From Thermoplasmatota archaeon (lineage in GTDB: Archaea; Thermoplasmatota; Penumbrarchaeia; Penumbrarchaeales; Penumbrarchaeaceae): a stretch of 64,000 nucleotides of DNA. The notes under the pieces are model-generated. The model worked only from the letters and a program-made list of their open reading frames with translations, did not search any database and was not told the DNA's origin. Shown here piece by piece: positions 19,779-30,626 of this stretch; the stretch's first letter is position 1, and each line of letters opens with the position of its first letter. Made by a program: the position numbers and the translations under genes. Location of the stretch: the NCBI GenBank assembly GCA_965234725.1, contig CBDDUX010000038.1, positions 8,257-72,256 of the forward strand. Reading direction: 5' to 3'.

Positions 19779-20585
19779 TCAGGAACTGCCAGGAGGTCTA
19801 ACATGACCTATCTTCCTTGCTGGCACTCCCGTCCATATCTCATAGGGTCCTATCCTCGTATTCTTTGTCACGATGGAGTATGCTCCTACGATGCACCCCT
19901 TTCCAAGATGAGAACCAGGAAGGATCAGTGAAGATTGACCGATATCAACATCATCCTCTATGACAACCTTCCTGAGGATCAGAACACCTCTCTCACCCAC
20001 GTGCCCCAGGACCATTACATCACCTCCGAAGGTTACATTCCTTCCAACCGTTATGAGGTCCGGGTCATGGAGATAGGTCGTATTGATGATGGTACCCTTT
20101 CCGATCTTCATCCCCATCAATCTGTAGAACATCACTATAAGGACCGTGGTCCTCGTAAGTTCAAGGAATAGATGCCTGTTGAAGAGGATAATGCCGTTGA
20201 CCACCGACCAGTATCCTGCAACGGGAGATATGTAGGGATACTCGCCCTCCCTTTGATGCGAGAATAGACCCAATCCCCACTTCAAGGCAGGTCCGAATAT
20301 CAGAAGTCCGATCCCGAAAATGAGATAAGAAGCTCCGAAGGAAGCCCCAAGGACCATTACATCCAGCAGAGGAAATGGTGTGGACCCCATGTAATTTTCC
20401 AGAGCGAACCGTAACAGATAAATGGGCGCCACAAGTGAAGAGGTGATCAGGACCAAAGCTATAAGGAAAAGTGGTATCCAGGTGAACGAGGTGGCAATAC
20501 GAAATATTAATGGTACCTTCCACCCTCGTTGGTGATATATCTCCTCTCGGGATGGAACGGAATGGTCAATGTACTTTCCTGCCAA
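19779..20585 (-). CDS. Membrane-associated hexapeptide-repeat (LbH) acyltransferase
   Basis: 'MGMKIGKGTII', 'ITVGRNVTFG', 'IVGAYSIV', 'WTGVPARKI'; two N-terminal TMs. Confidence 0.8.
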   Translation of the reverse strand: MAGKYIDHSVPSREEIYHQRGWKVPLIFRIATSFTWIPLFLIALVLITSSLVAPIYLLRFALENYMGSTPFPLLDVMVLGASFGASYLIFGIGLLIFGPALKWGLGLFSHQREGEYPYISPVAGYWSVVNGIILFNRHLFLELTRTTVLIVMFYRLMGMKIGKGTIINTTYLHDPDLITVGRNVTFGGDVMVLGHVGERGVLILRKVVIEDDVDIGQSSLILPGSHLGKGCIVGAYSIVTKNTRIGPYEIWTGVPARKIGHVRPPGSS

Positions 20586-20657
20586 GAGAAAACACCCTGA
20601 TATTGGAACGATACATGTTCAAATTGCTATTAACACTTTTCACCTGGACTAAGATCA

Positions 20658-23600
20658 TCAGTCCGTTACACGGCTGAGACAGGTCGCAGCGATCCTGTAA
20701 GCTTTAAGATATTCCTTCTTTATTACAAGGTTCTGGATGGTCTCGATATCCCTCTTGATCTCTCCAGTAGCTTTTCCCTGTGTATGCCTGATCTTCATTT
20801 CCTGACGTATCTCGGCTATCAGGGAGAATAGTTTGGTCTTGGCTTCCTCTGGATCTAGCTCTATCTCATCCATCGCTATGTCACCTGGAACAGGATCAGG
20901 ATCCATACCACCTGGACCGCTGATCCCAGAAGTTGAAAGCGTGGAGATCTTCTTCACAAGGGATGACATCTCGGATCTAGCCTTTTCAACATCAGCAGCT
21001 TCTATTAGATCCCTGATTCGAGCCATTGATTCCCTAAGGCCTTCAACCGGCACCCCTGCATCGACAAGCTTCTTTATCTTCCCCTCTTGTCCAATAAGAC
21101 CTCCCCTGAGCTCATCCAGCTGTGATTGCAGTTCCACTCTATTTTCTATTCTATCCTTCAAGGTCAGTATCTGTTTATCGACCAGTTCTATAACGGAATC
21201 AACATCACCAGCATCCATAAGGACCTTGGCTTTTGTGTGAGCCGCTTTAAAGGTGGCTACCTTCAAACCAACAGATCTGGCATTCTTGATAAAGGTTCCA
21301 AGTTCCTCAAGAATAATGGATGCCCTGGCCGTTTTAACCTCCTGACTCAGCTTCTCCCTCATACCATAAAGATGCTCCATGGCATCCTTGAACCTACCAT
21401 CATCGGCCATATTATAAGAATGCTGGATCTCCGGTTCAAGATCTCCGAGAGTCAGTCCATATCTTTCAGAATCGCTCCAAAGGTCCCGGATCTCCTTCTC
21501 TATGATAGAGAAGGTCCGTTTGGTCATCCTTTCATCCAATTCCACCTGGGCCCTTGTCATGAGGTCAAGTGATTCTTCAACATCACCTGATCTCATTTTC
21601 TCCCTTGCCATGTCCATTATCCTCTTGGAAGCTTCAGTATCGACTAGGAGTCCTTCGGCTTCTTTCAGGGTGGCCATTGCATTATCGAGCCTGTCCCCGA
21701 TCACAAGAGAGAGCTTCTTCTTCCGGAGCTCCTTTAATAGTGACCTCTCCCTTTCCACACTTGATTTATCCTTCCTTTCGAGATATAGGTCCTTTACCTC
21801 TTCAAGACCTTTCTCGAAGTGGTCAACATCCACTCCCTGTTGCCTCAGGCCTTTCATCTCGTTCATTATCATTATCATTAATTTCTGATACTCGACCCTC
21901 AATTCATCACGTCTCATATAGTTGAGCCTTTCATTGAGTATATCCATCTGAGCGTCGAAGTCCTCCATCTTACCATTGGAAAGTGCTTTGGTCGCCAATT
22001 CCAATGGCTCGTCCAGAGGTGAAACGTCTATGGATAGACCTAAAAGCTCGTTCCGTGTCGAAAGGACCTCGTTCAGGCTTCTCTCGGCCTGTTTCCTGAT
22101 ACTGATGGTCACTATCTTCTTGAAGGTTGTTTCAGCCTTTGTTAGAAGTTCCTGGGCCACTTCCAGATCATTATCCTCAAGGGCCTTCTCTGATTTCTCG
22201 AGTATCACTTCCACAGGCTTGGCGTCCATGGATTGATGGAGGGACTCAAGTTTCTCCTTTAGAACATTGATGCCTTTTTCCAGGGTTTGTGTTCTGCTCT
22301 CTTCAAGATCGGCCAATGTATGCGCCGCATCATCAAGAAGCTTCTCCATCCCCTCAAGTGCGCCTTGAATATCAGATGAGAATCTTGACAGGAGGTGGTC
22401 CTTCTCCCTCACCATCCTGATATGATCTTCTGATGCTTCACCCAGTATGTAGGATATCCTCTGTATCATGGGTTCAACGGACTGGAGTATCATTTCGAAC
22501 TTCCGTTTCTCTGCTATTGCAGCTTCTCCCGTGACCTCTTGATAGAGTTTCCTGAAATTCATGTAAACGGTTACTGTGTCATTTTCCGAACCTTCAGGGA
22601 ACCGTTCTATCTTCTGGCTGAACGCAGTTCTTTTCTCCTCATCCACAACCCTGCTGAGAAGCGACTTCATTTCCTTTGTCTTATCTTTCATTTCCTTCTG
22701 GAGGTCTGAGAAAAGCATCTGATTATCTTTTTCAATGAGTTCAAGGGAGGTCCTCAATTCCTTCAAGGAAGTGATGAGGTGTTCCACATCACCGGAGTTG
22801 ACACCTTTCATTATCGTGGTAATGTTTGGGACCTTACCATCCAATCTCACCTGTTTCCCTATATCAAGGTACTGAGATTCCACAGCCCGGATGTTGGCTA
22901 TCATGTTGTTGATCGCATTTGGAGCAAGGGATACCAGGTACTGTGATAGCCAGTCGTATGATATCTTCCAGTATTGATCCAACATTCCCATATCTTTACG
23001 CTGGAAGGCCTCCTTCATAGCCTTGAGATGGGGTTGAATGCCACTTGTATCTCCTCCGATCATTCTGGCTTCCCGGTCAAGGTCTTCCACCAATCGAACC
23101 TTCTCCAAGGAGGGGTCCGTTACCTCAGCATTATCCTCCTTCAATTCAATATGATCAGGCTTGAGAGAAGGAGCTTGAGGCGCTTCCTCCATCTCATCAG
23201 GTATCTCAACGTCTTCTGTTTTTCCATGTGAACTATCATCTTTTGAGAGGTCCTTCTTCTCAAGGACCTCCACTTCAATATTTGAAGTGGGCTGAGGGAC
23301 CTGATCTTCTTTTCCAATGGATCTTGATCCTTCTTTTTTATCAGGATGAGCACTGTCCTTTTGTTTTTTGGATGTTGATGAGGAGGGAGGTTTGTCATCA
23401 ACCGATCCACTTTCCTGGATGTCTGAACCTTCTGGTTTATTTTGAGTGGGTGCACCATCTGCTGATATCCCAAGCTGGGAGGATACTTTTTCAAGATAGA
23501 CCTCGAATTTCGAAAGGGCCCGAAGAAGTTCCTTTTCAGGAGCTGCTTTGGCCACTTTTTCTATCTTATTCAGGCTATCTCTAAGCTTTCCTATATCCTG

Positions 23601-23681
23601 CCCCTTCTCTTCGATCTGTTTAAGGATACTCCAGCTCTTACTGATCCTTGCCTGAACAGAGCTATCCCCTTTCTGGACCAT
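20658..23681 (-). CDS. Large coiled-coil / helical-repeat hypothetical protein
   Basis: 1007 aa, E/K/L-rich with recurring 'G.d...A...gd.e.A' helical units; no Walker motif seen. Confidence 0.7.
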   Translation of the reverse strand: MVQKGDSSVQARISKSWSILKQIEEKGQDIGKLRDSLNKIEKVAKAAPEKELLRALSKFEVYLEKVSSQLGISADGAPTQNKPEGSDIQESGSVDDKPPSSSTSKKQKDSAHPDKKEGSRSIGKEDQVPQPTSNIEVEVLEKKDLSKDDSSHGKTEDVEIPDEMEEAPQAPSLKPDHIELKEDNAEVTDPSLEKVRLVEDLDREARMIGGDTSGIQPHLKAMKEAFQRKDMGMLDQYWKISYDWLSQYLVSLAPNAINNMIANIRAVESQYLDIGKQVRLDGKVPNITTIMKGVNSGDVEHLITSLKELRTSLELIEKDNQMLFSDLQKEMKDKTKEMKSLLSRVVDEEKRTAFSQKIERFPEGSENDTVTVYMNFRKLYQEVTGEAAIAEKRKFEMILQSVEPMIQRISYILGEASEDHIRMVREKDHLLSRFSSDIQGALEGMEKLLDDAAHTLADLEESRTQTLEKGINVLKEKLESLHQSMDAKPVEVILEKSEKALEDNDLEVAQELLTKAETTFKKIVTISIRKQAERSLNEVLSTRNELLGLSIDVSPLDEPLELATKALSNGKMEDFDAQMDILNERLNYMRRDELRVEYQKLMIMIMNEMKGLRQQGVDVDHFEKGLEEVKDLYLERKDKSSVERERSLLKELRKKKLSLVIGDRLDNAMATLKEAEGLLVDTEASKRIMDMAREKMRSGDVEESLDLMTRAQVELDERMTKRTFSIIEKEIRDLWSDSERYGLTLGDLEPEIQHSYNMADDGRFKDAMEHLYGMREKLSQEVKTARASIILEELGTFIKNARSVGLKVATFKAAHTKAKVLMDAGDVDSVIELVDKQILTLKDRIENRVELQSQLDELRGGLIGQEGKIKKLVDAGVPVEGLRESMARIRDLIEAADVEKARSEMSSLVKKISTLSTSGISGPGGMDPDPVPGDIAMDEIELDPEEAKTKLFSLIAEIRQEMKIRHTQGKATGEIKRDIETIQNLVIKKEYLKAYRIAATCLSRVTD

Positions 23682-23775
23682 TTTCCCAGCACCTCCCGAA
23701 CATCCAAAATGCCGGGTTTATTAAAATGTACGTACGTTAATAAGGTTTCTTATCTAATTCACTAATGCTGAAAAA

Positions 23776-26535
23776 CTACCGGTTGGATGTGTCATCTCCA
23801 GTGATCTTCAGTTCCTCCACATGGGAAACGTTTTCAACCGGACCACCAAGACCTGGACCTGGTAAAGAGGTCAAAGGTGCAGAAACTCCTTTTTCATTAT
23901 AGCCTTCCGGTTTCGGACCTCCGTAGAGTTCCTCGTATGATACCTTGGGAGATGCTTCCTCCTCTTCAAGATCCTTCCCGAACGGGTCCTTTCCCTGCTT
24001 CTTCATCGTTTCGATATGATCCAGGAATTCCCTTTCTCGCTCCTTTTTCTCTTTCCTCTGTTTCTGCACAAGGATGAATCCTGTTATTCCGAAGATGACC
24101 AGTACCAAAATAATGCCAACAATGACCAGTATATTGGTGGGTTTTGCAAAATCACCAAAACTTGATGAGGAACTCCCCGAAGCATTTCCCAGTGGTTCTA
24201 TTGTTGCCACAGATAATGCACCCTCCCCTGCAGTATCAGTAATGATATACCTCTCCGCCAACCCTTTAATCTCTGCATAATCCAGGTGGTGAATGGATAC
24301 ACAGAATATTTCAAAGTCCTCCGGGTCTATCGGATATGATAATCCTCCCTCGGCCATTTCGGAAAAGGGAATATCCCAGACCAGGGTCGCCTTGTTAAGG
24401 ATCCTCCCGGTTGAATTCACATAGATGGAGGGATCACCAATGTAGCTTCTATTGGCTATCATCATATCATTTTCAGGCAATCTATAAGGGATCTCATCCC
24501 AACTTGAGATATTCTTGAAATCAATAAATGGTTCCTGATACCCGCTCTTCATAATATAGAGATGATATTGGAAGGATCCGTCGATCTGTATTGTATCCTT
24601 GATCTCAAGTAGGACCTGGATCGCATTCCCTCTTCTCTGCGTCTTTATCGAGAGGATATCCAGACCTGACTGTGCCACTGTAGAAACCGTAAAAACCCGA
24701 TCCCCGGAACCTTTCAGCTTCCATTCCTCCTGGGTCTTAACAGAATCTGATACTGGATCCCTTATATCCCTGAGAAGTTCTCCGATAGCAATATCTTCAG
24801 GAGCTTCAACAAGGATCGTAATATTCTTTTTGACCGATAGTTTTCCATCACTTACGGTTAGAACAATAGTGGTATTACCGGAATGAGATGTAGCGTAGAC
24901 ATGGGATGCCACCATCCCTTTGGAGGTCTTCCCGTCCCCCCAATCCCATTCATAGGATAGTGGGTCCAGATCAATATCCGTGAACCCGGAAGCTTGTAAG
25001 GTTATTTCTTCGGAAGGGAACAATGTCAGGTTCCCTTTCACAATTTCTATAATTCCAGCCTCCGGCTGATCGTTCACGGGTTCTATCGACAGGGCTATTT
25101 TGACTATCTCGAACCCTCCCCTACCATCACTGAGTGAAACATTGAAGAAATAACTTCCAACATCATCTTGAACAGGACTGAGGACCATTGTACCATTTTG
25201 GAACAGTTCGAAAAATGGCATCAATGCTTGAGATGCATTTGTTGCAAAGGAGAGGCTTTCATACGGATCATCATCATCACCATATATCATCTTGTAGACC
25301 TTGACGGTATCCTCATCGGCATACATGTTGAATATCTCACCATTGTATTCGGAATTTCCTATCTTTGTAATAAATGGTAGATCGTCGACCTCTTTTACGG
25401 ATATTCTGATCGAATCGGAAACGGAACCATCCAGATCCGATGCCTTGAAAGATACGATCTCCTCACCGTACCAATTTTCGGAAGGTATGATCCTTGCATG
25501 GGTGAACTGGACCTTCTTTGTCCCCTTACCAATGCTGAAATTGACGAATTTTACATCTACGTTGACATTCTTTGATGTGATCTGGAACTCTACTTTATCT
25601 CCGCCTTCCTCTATGAAGTGACTTGATAGATTGAGAGGGGGCTGAAGTTCCTCATCCTCATTAATGATTATAGTCTCGGCCCAGGGAGCCGAGATGTTCT
25701 CTATCGGGATGGTAGTTTGGGACCATTCGGTCACGTTCAGAGTATAAGAGGGACTGTTGCTGGACAGGTATTGCGCTCCTCCCTGCAGAGGGAAATAGAT
25801 CCTGAAGAATATCCGTATCTCCTGGCCCCCGTCATTTCTCAGTTCAAATACGTCCCCTTCTCCATAAGTTCCGATCAGGTCCTGTGTTGTGTTAAGGACC
25901 TCGAAGGTGGAAGGATTTGTGGTTATGAGGTAGGCTCTAACGGCTCTGAAGGGTTGTACGTCAAACTGATAATAATCAACCGGATCGTGTATGGGATTGA
26001 GATTGGTTCCCAGGGCCAGTGAACCGGAGATCCCAGCTGAACCGGGCCAGTTGATCCCATCATTCTTACTGTTGACGATATCCTTTTCTCCTCCCATCTG
26101 AAATGTATAGCCAGATGAGCTTCCCACGGGATCTGTTGATATCTCCATGAAATAGTCCCCATCATATGGGACAAAGAACTCGACATCAGACCATCCTCCA
26201 TCGGAGTAAAGTGTTGCGATCGGTCTTCCGTTGGGTTCGTAGAATACACCCTTTACATTTGCACCGGAATCCCTTTTTAATGAGAGTGCCAACCTCTGTG
26301 ACTTTTCATATTTGATATCGTCCCCTTGAAGATCCTTTATCCTGAACACATCTCTAGTATTAACTGGATCAAGATCACCGGCTCTTGCATCGGTATCAAA
26401 GAAAATATCAACAGCTTCATCGAACAGGTACTTGTTCGAATAACCATTTACATCTGGGGCTTGTATCATGAATGGTGTGAATAGGGACAGTACCATTATC
26501 GATGCTATAAAGAATCTATTGTAGGTTGAAAACAT
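23776..26535 (-). CDS. Cell-surface protein with cadherin-like / PKD domains
   Basis: Signal peptide from ATG 26535 (GGTGA RBS); 'VND.P' repeats; PKD motif 'YEWDWGDG'; C-terminal TM. Confidence 0.8.
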   Translation of the reverse strand: MFSTYNRFFIASIMVLSLFTPFMIQAPDVNGYSNKYLFDEAVDIFFDTDARAGDLDPVNTRDVFRIKDLQGDDIKYEKSQRLALSLKRDSGANVKGVFYEPNGRPIATLYSDGGWSDVEFFVPYDGDYFMEISTDPVGSSSGYTFQMGGEKDIVNSKNDGINWPGSAGISGSLALGTNLNPIHDPVDYYQFDVQPFRAVRAYLITTNPSTFEVLNTTQDLIGTYGEGDVFELRNDGGQEIRIFFRIYFPLQGGAQYLSSNSPSYTLNVTEWSQTTIPIENISAPWAETIIINEDEELQPPLNLSSHFIEEGGDKVEFQITSKNVNVDVKFVNFSIGKGTKKVQFTHARIIPSENWYGEEIVSFKASDLDGSVSDSIRISVKEVDDLPFITKIGNSEYNGEIFNMYADEDTVKVYKMIYGDDDDPYESLSFATNASQALMPFFELFQNGTMVLSPVQDDVGSYFFNVSLSDGRGGFEIVKIALSIEPVNDQPEAGIIEIVKGNLTLFPSEEITLQASGFTDIDLDPLSYEWDWGDGKTSKGMVASHVYATSHSGNTTIVLTVSDGKLSVKKNITILVEAPEDIAIGELLRDIRDPVSDSVKTQEEWKLKGSGDRVFTVSTVAQSGLDILSIKTQRRGNAIQVLLEIKDTIQIDGSFQYHLYIMKSGYQEPFIDFKNISSWDEIPYRLPENDMMIANRSYIGDPSIYVNSTGRILNKATLVWDIPFSEMAEGGLSYPIDPEDFEIFCVSIHHLDYAEIKGLAERYIITDTAGEGALSVATIEPLGNASGSSSSSFGDFAKPTNILVIVGIILVLVIFGITGFILVQKQRKEKKEREREFLDHIETMKKQGKDPFGKDLEEEEASPKVSYEELYGGPKPEGYNEKGVSAPLTSLPGPGLGGPVENVSHVEELKITGDDTSNR

Positions 26536-26631
26536 CCTATCACCCTGGACGTTCTGTAAAGCCTCCACTGGTATATTGAGGTTACCTGGATGGATATTGG
26601 AATTGGACCCATATCTACCAAGAAAATGTAC

Positions 26632-26663
26632 AAAAAAAAAGCGCCCCCGTTTAACGGGAGCGC
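26632..26663 (-). terminator. Hairpin plus U-tract terminator
   Basis: Minus strand GCGCTCCCG-TTAAA-CGGGGGCGC followed by T9, about 20 nt after the stop of 26684..28762. Confidence 0.75.
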
Positions 26664-26683
26664 TTGGTTGATTCAACCCTCAC

Positions 26684-28762
26684 TCACTGTGGGGGCATTG
26701 GAGGCTCTGGCTGTGGAGGGATCGGAGGCTGCTCGGGAACTTCCGGTGCTACTGGCTCTTCCGGAGCGGGTGGCATGGATTCGTCCACAAGAGGTTCCTC
26801 GACAGGTTCTTCGACAGGTGCCTCGACTGGTGCCTCGGCTGGTGGTTGCTCATAGCTTTCTTCCATAGGCTGCTCATAGCCCTCTTCCACGGGCTGCTCG
26901 TAACCTTCTTCCATGGGCATTTCACCGGTCTCAATACCCATATCCTCCTCACCCATAGGTTCGGATTCCTCAGGTATCTCCTCTTCCTTCTTCTTGCCCT
27001 TCATCACAATAAGGATGATGACCAGAAGGATGACCAAAAGGATCACAACAACGATGATGATTATGACCATTGTATTGTCATCAGTATCTTCGTCTTTCTC
27101 GGCGATGGTCACAGAGAATGTCTGGGTTGCGGTTCCGTCATATGGGTCAACCACTGTTGCAGTAAAGGTGTATGTCCCGGGTTCCAGATCGGTTATTGTG
27201 ATAGGGTTTCCGGTCTTCTCCCAGGTGTCATCTCCGGTCCTGGTCCAGGTAACGGTAAGTGTATCCTGATCGTCTGTCACATTGGCCTCCAAGGTGAAGG
27301 ATTCTCCTTCCTTCACTTCCTCGGTCGGTCCCTCGATGGCATTTATTATTGGAGCTGTGTTGGAAATGGTCACGTTAACATGGAAGTAACCGATCTCAAC
27401 GGTCTCGATCCCGTCTGATACATAAGCGGATACGTTGTAGATCTTGGCAGTGGACCAGTTGTAAAGGAAGTAATCCATGTTCCACCCGGTGACAACGGTT
27501 CCGTCGATCTTCCAGCTGACAGTGAGGTCGTCGCCGTCCACATCCATGAGGTTGTCAACAGAGACGTTCACCTCTTCTCCGGTCTTCTTGTCGATCATCT
27601 CCGCATACCCGGTTCCCCACTCTCCAGTGGGTGCATCGTTGACAGCTTCCACGGTGAAAAGGATCCAGACGTAGGCTTCAAGGTCACCCTGGTCCATAAT
27701 CGAGTAGTTCACTAGGAAATGACCGTTGAGGTTCTCGTCAACAGTGACATTGTACTGGTGCATTCCGGAATCCCACATGACCTCTATTCCATCCATGATA
27801 TCATCGGTGATATCAACGGAGATATTCATGTGATCCGATTCTAAATCGGTGAAGTTTACTGTGAAGTTCACTCCCATCTGGTCTTCCACTAGATCGAGTT
27901 CCACAAGCCAGGAGAAGTTTCCATCCACTCCGGTCACATTGAGCAATTCGGTCACATTGACCCACATCGGCGGGTAGCTCATCTCTTCAAAGATCACCTC
28001 ATGTATAACTGGGGGATCGTTGACCGGTGCCACGTTCAGGTCAAACATCTCATATGCTGAATTACCATTGGTATCGGCTGCAGTCACATTGACCTGGGCC
28101 ATTCCCGTGAAGTTGGCGGGAGGTGTGACTTCCCACCAGGGATATCCATCCGCATCGGTGATGGGTGTGAAGGTCCAATCGTCAGGGAATCCCTCTGGCC
28201 CAACACCGAAGGTTAGGAAGGCATCTGCTTGGTCCATGACTGGGAGGAAGGCTTTGGTGAGATTCCATGCCCACATGGTGTCCTCGGTCAGTGAGGGCAT
28301 TGTAAATCCAGCGTCTAATATTACTGGATGCCAAATTGTAATCATTCCGGTTGCATTGACAGCCAGAGTGTCATTTTCAATCTCTACCATCCAGTCATGA
28401 TCACCCACATAATCAGGTGAGTCTGGGGCAAATTCATATACCCATCCTCCCCTGGTTGCGTTCCAATCATTAACATCAAGGGTCACGGGGTCAAGAGGTC
28501 CAATGGTCAACTCCAGAGTGATATTGGAATTGTTCACTGGCGCTGCCAATCCCTCGATGAACCATTCAAACGTATCCAGGATAGTGTATGCATTTCCATC
28601 GTCAGCAGGCGCAAATGTATCCGTAACAGTGACATTAATGGTTGTTGGAAGAGGCTCATCTGCCTGTACCTGAATACCAAGGAATGCCACCATAATCATA
28701 GCCATCGTAATTGATATGGCCATGGCTCTTTTTCTTAACAAGTTCTCCATACTCATCACCAC
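26684..28762 (-). CDS. Acidic Ig-like / cadherin-repeat surface glycoprotein with Pro/Glu-rich cytoplasmic tail
   Basis: Signal peptide, 'VNDPP/VNDAP/NTAP' repeats, many N-x-S/T sequons, TM, E/P-rich tail. Confidence 0.8.
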   Translation of the reverse strand: MVMSMENLLRKRAMAISITMAMIMVAFLGIQVQADEPLPTTINVTVTDTFAPADDGNAYTILDTFEWFIEGLAAPVNNSNITLELTIGPLDPVTLDVNDWNATRGGWVYEFAPDSPDYVGDHDWMVEIENDTLAVNATGMITIWHPVILDAGFTMPSLTEDTMWAWNLTKAFLPVMDQADAFLTFGVGPEGFPDDWTFTPITDADGYPWWEVTPPANFTGMAQVNVTAADTNGNSAYEMFDLNVAPVNDPPVIHEVIFEEMSYPPMWVNVTELLNVTGVDGNFSWLVELDLVEDQMGVNFTVNFTDLESDHMNISVDITDDIMDGIEVMWDSGMHQYNVTVDENLNGHFLVNYSIMDQGDLEAYVWILFTVEAVNDAPTGEWGTGYAEMIDKKTGEEVNVSVDNLMDVDGDDLTVSWKIDGTVVTGWNMDYFLYNWSTAKIYNVSAYVSDGIETVEIGYFHVNVTISNTAPIINAIEGPTEEVKEGESFTLEANVTDDQDTLTVTWTRTGDDTWEKTGNPITITDLEPGTYTFTATVVDPYDGTATQTFSVTIAEKDEDTDDNTMVIIIIVVVILLVILLVIILIVMKGKKKEEEIPEESEPMGEEDMGIETGEMPMEEGYEQPVEEGYEQPMEESYEQPPAEAPVEAPVEEPVEEPLVDESMPPAPEEPVAPEVPEQPPIPPQPEPPMPPQ
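26790..26915 (-). repeat. Intragenic tandem repeats (EE[GS]YEQP x3; [AE]PVE units)
   Basis: Imperfect 24-nt and 12-nt units in the tail of the surface protein. Confidence 0.7.
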
Positions 28763-29195
28763 CTAGTTTTCACATAGAAACTATGCTGTGTTATCCCAGG
28801 TGAGTCTATGTCCCCTTTGAAGCTCACCCTAGCGATGAAAAACAACTAATCATTATATAAGGATTTCCAGGAATTGTTTACTCATTGTCGAAGTATTTTT
28901 AGAATTCGTTACAACGATGCGTATTTATTGTGATTTCCGAAAATATGGAAAAAAACTGTTTTTTATCAAGGCCAGGTTTTGCATCCAACCAAGTTAAGGA
29001 CCATTGATCCCAACATGAGAAATGAATAAGACAAAAAATTGTTCTTGAAAAAACCTGTAAAAGGAAAAAAAAAATGACATTCAACAGCCTTAAGTTATAA
29101 ACAACAGGGGCACCCATAAATATCAGTACTTGATTCAGCGCCATGCCCCTGATGACATCAAATGTTATTGGGAGGTAATGAAGGGGTCGGGTCCA

Positions 29196-30545
29196 ATGGA
29201 AGACGAGACCATCTGGAAAAGGACGAAATTCGCTGCAGAGATTGGTGAAGAGGATTACAATACAGAGATCACTCTCTGCGGTTGGGTCCAGTATACACGT
29301 AATCTTGGAAAAATGGCCTTCGTCCATCTAAGGGATCGGACAGGGGTCTCCCAATTGACCGCTCTATCCAAGACCATGGACAAGGAGCTTTTCAACCTGA
29401 TAGTTAACGTTCCCAGGGAATCCGCTATAAGTGTTAGAGGTATCGTGAAGCAGTCAACGCAAGCCAAGGCCGGCTGGGAGATCATACCATACAAGGTCAG
29501 GGTGATGGGAGAGGCGATGACCCCACTACCCCTAGGAGTTGTGGACAAGGTTGACGCTGACATGGAGACAAGGTTGGATAACAGGTTCCTCGATCTGAGA
29601 AAACCAGAGGTCCAGGCCATCTTCATGATCAGATCGACATTGTTGAATGCTGTCAGGGAGGTCTTCCTAGAAGAAGGTTTCATAGAGATACATACTCCCA
29701 AGATAGTCGCTACCGCAACTGAAGGAGGGACAGCTCTCTTTGAGATGAAATATTTCAATAGGAAGGCATATCTGAACCAGTCCCCCCAATTGTTCAAACA
29801 GACCATGATGGCAACCGGACTTGACCGGGTCTTCGAGATAGGACCGGCATTTAGAGCCGAAGAGCACGATACCGTAAGGCATCTCAACGAGTACACCTCA
29901 ATAGACTGTGAGATGGCATGGGGGACCTTTGATGACTCATTGGAGATACTCGAAAAGGTCATTCAGAGGGTCTATTCCAATGTTCTGAACAACAACTACA
30001 TGGGCCTGGAAATGCTTGGACAGACCCTTGTATCACCAGAGAGACCGTTTCCCAGGTTGGATTATAAATGTATCATAGACAAACTCTCGGCAAGAGGACT
30101 TGAGATCCATGATGAAAAATCAGGGAAGAAGAGGGTGATCGAATGGGGAGATGACATCCCCATGGAGGGATTCAAAGAGATAGCCAAAGATAGGCCTTCC
30201 CTCTATTTCGTTATGAACTGGCCCATGAAATTGAAACCCTTCTACATTCAGCCCAATCCAGATGATCCGGAGATTTCCATGGGTTTCGACCTGAATTTCG
30301 GTGAGAAGGAGCTGGTCTCCGGAGGACAGAGGGTCCACGATCCTGAACAATTGAAGAAATTGATCAGGGAGAGAAAACTTGACCCTGCGAATTTCGATTT
30401 TTACCTCAAATCCTTTGATTACGGAATGCCTCCTCATTCCGGTTGGGGTCTTGGAGCAGAAAGGCTCACAATGATCATAACCGGACGGACCAACGTTAGG
30501 GAAACGGTGCTTTTCCCCAGGGACAAGAACAGACTCATCCCATGA
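29196..30545 (+). CDS. aspS: Aspartate--tRNA ligase (archaeal type)
   Basis: OB domain, 'RLDNRFLDLR', 'YLNQSPQLFKQ', 'FRAE', 'GMPPHSGWGLGAERL'; start 29178 or 29196. Confidence 0.95.
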   Translation: MEDETIWKRTKFAAEIGEEDYNTEITLCGWVQYTRNLGKMAFVHLRDRTGVSQLTALSKTMDKELFNLIVNVPRESAISVRGIVKQSTQAKAGWEIIPYKVRVMGEAMTPLPLGVVDKVDADMETRLDNRFLDLRKPEVQAIFMIRSTLLNAVREVFLEEGFIEIHTPKIVATATEGGTALFEMKYFNRKAYLNQSPQLFKQTMMATGLDRVFEIGPAFRAEEHDTVRHLNEYTSIDCEMAWGTFDDSLEILEKVIQRVYSNVLNNNYMGLEMLGQTLVSPERPFPRLDYKCIIDKLSARGLEIHDEKSGKKRVIEWGDDIPMEGFKEIAKDRPSLYFVMNWPMKLKPFYIQPNPDDPEISMGFDLNFGEKELVSGGQRVHDPEQLKKLIRERKLDPANFDFYLKSFDYGMPPHSGWGLGAERLTMIITGRTNVRETVLFPRDKNRLIP

Positions 30546-30626
30546 ACTCGGATCTTTGCAAACTGCAAAATCTAGATATATCCAGATAATCGATGGATGT
30601 AGGCCTTGTTCAGGTAGGGGAAGAAG

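Noticed and set aside
20658..23681. SMC/Rad50 assignment
   Set aside because: No Walker A/B, signature or hinge/hook motif.
29105..29151. 8-bp inverted repeat CAGGGGCA/TGCCCCTG upstream of aspS as a leader RNA
   Set aside because: The left arm lies right after the TATA-like box and is probably not transcribed; no T-box features.
28899..29327. 142-aa minus-strand ORF
   Set aside because: Overlaps aspS antisense and an AT-rich promoter region; low complexity.
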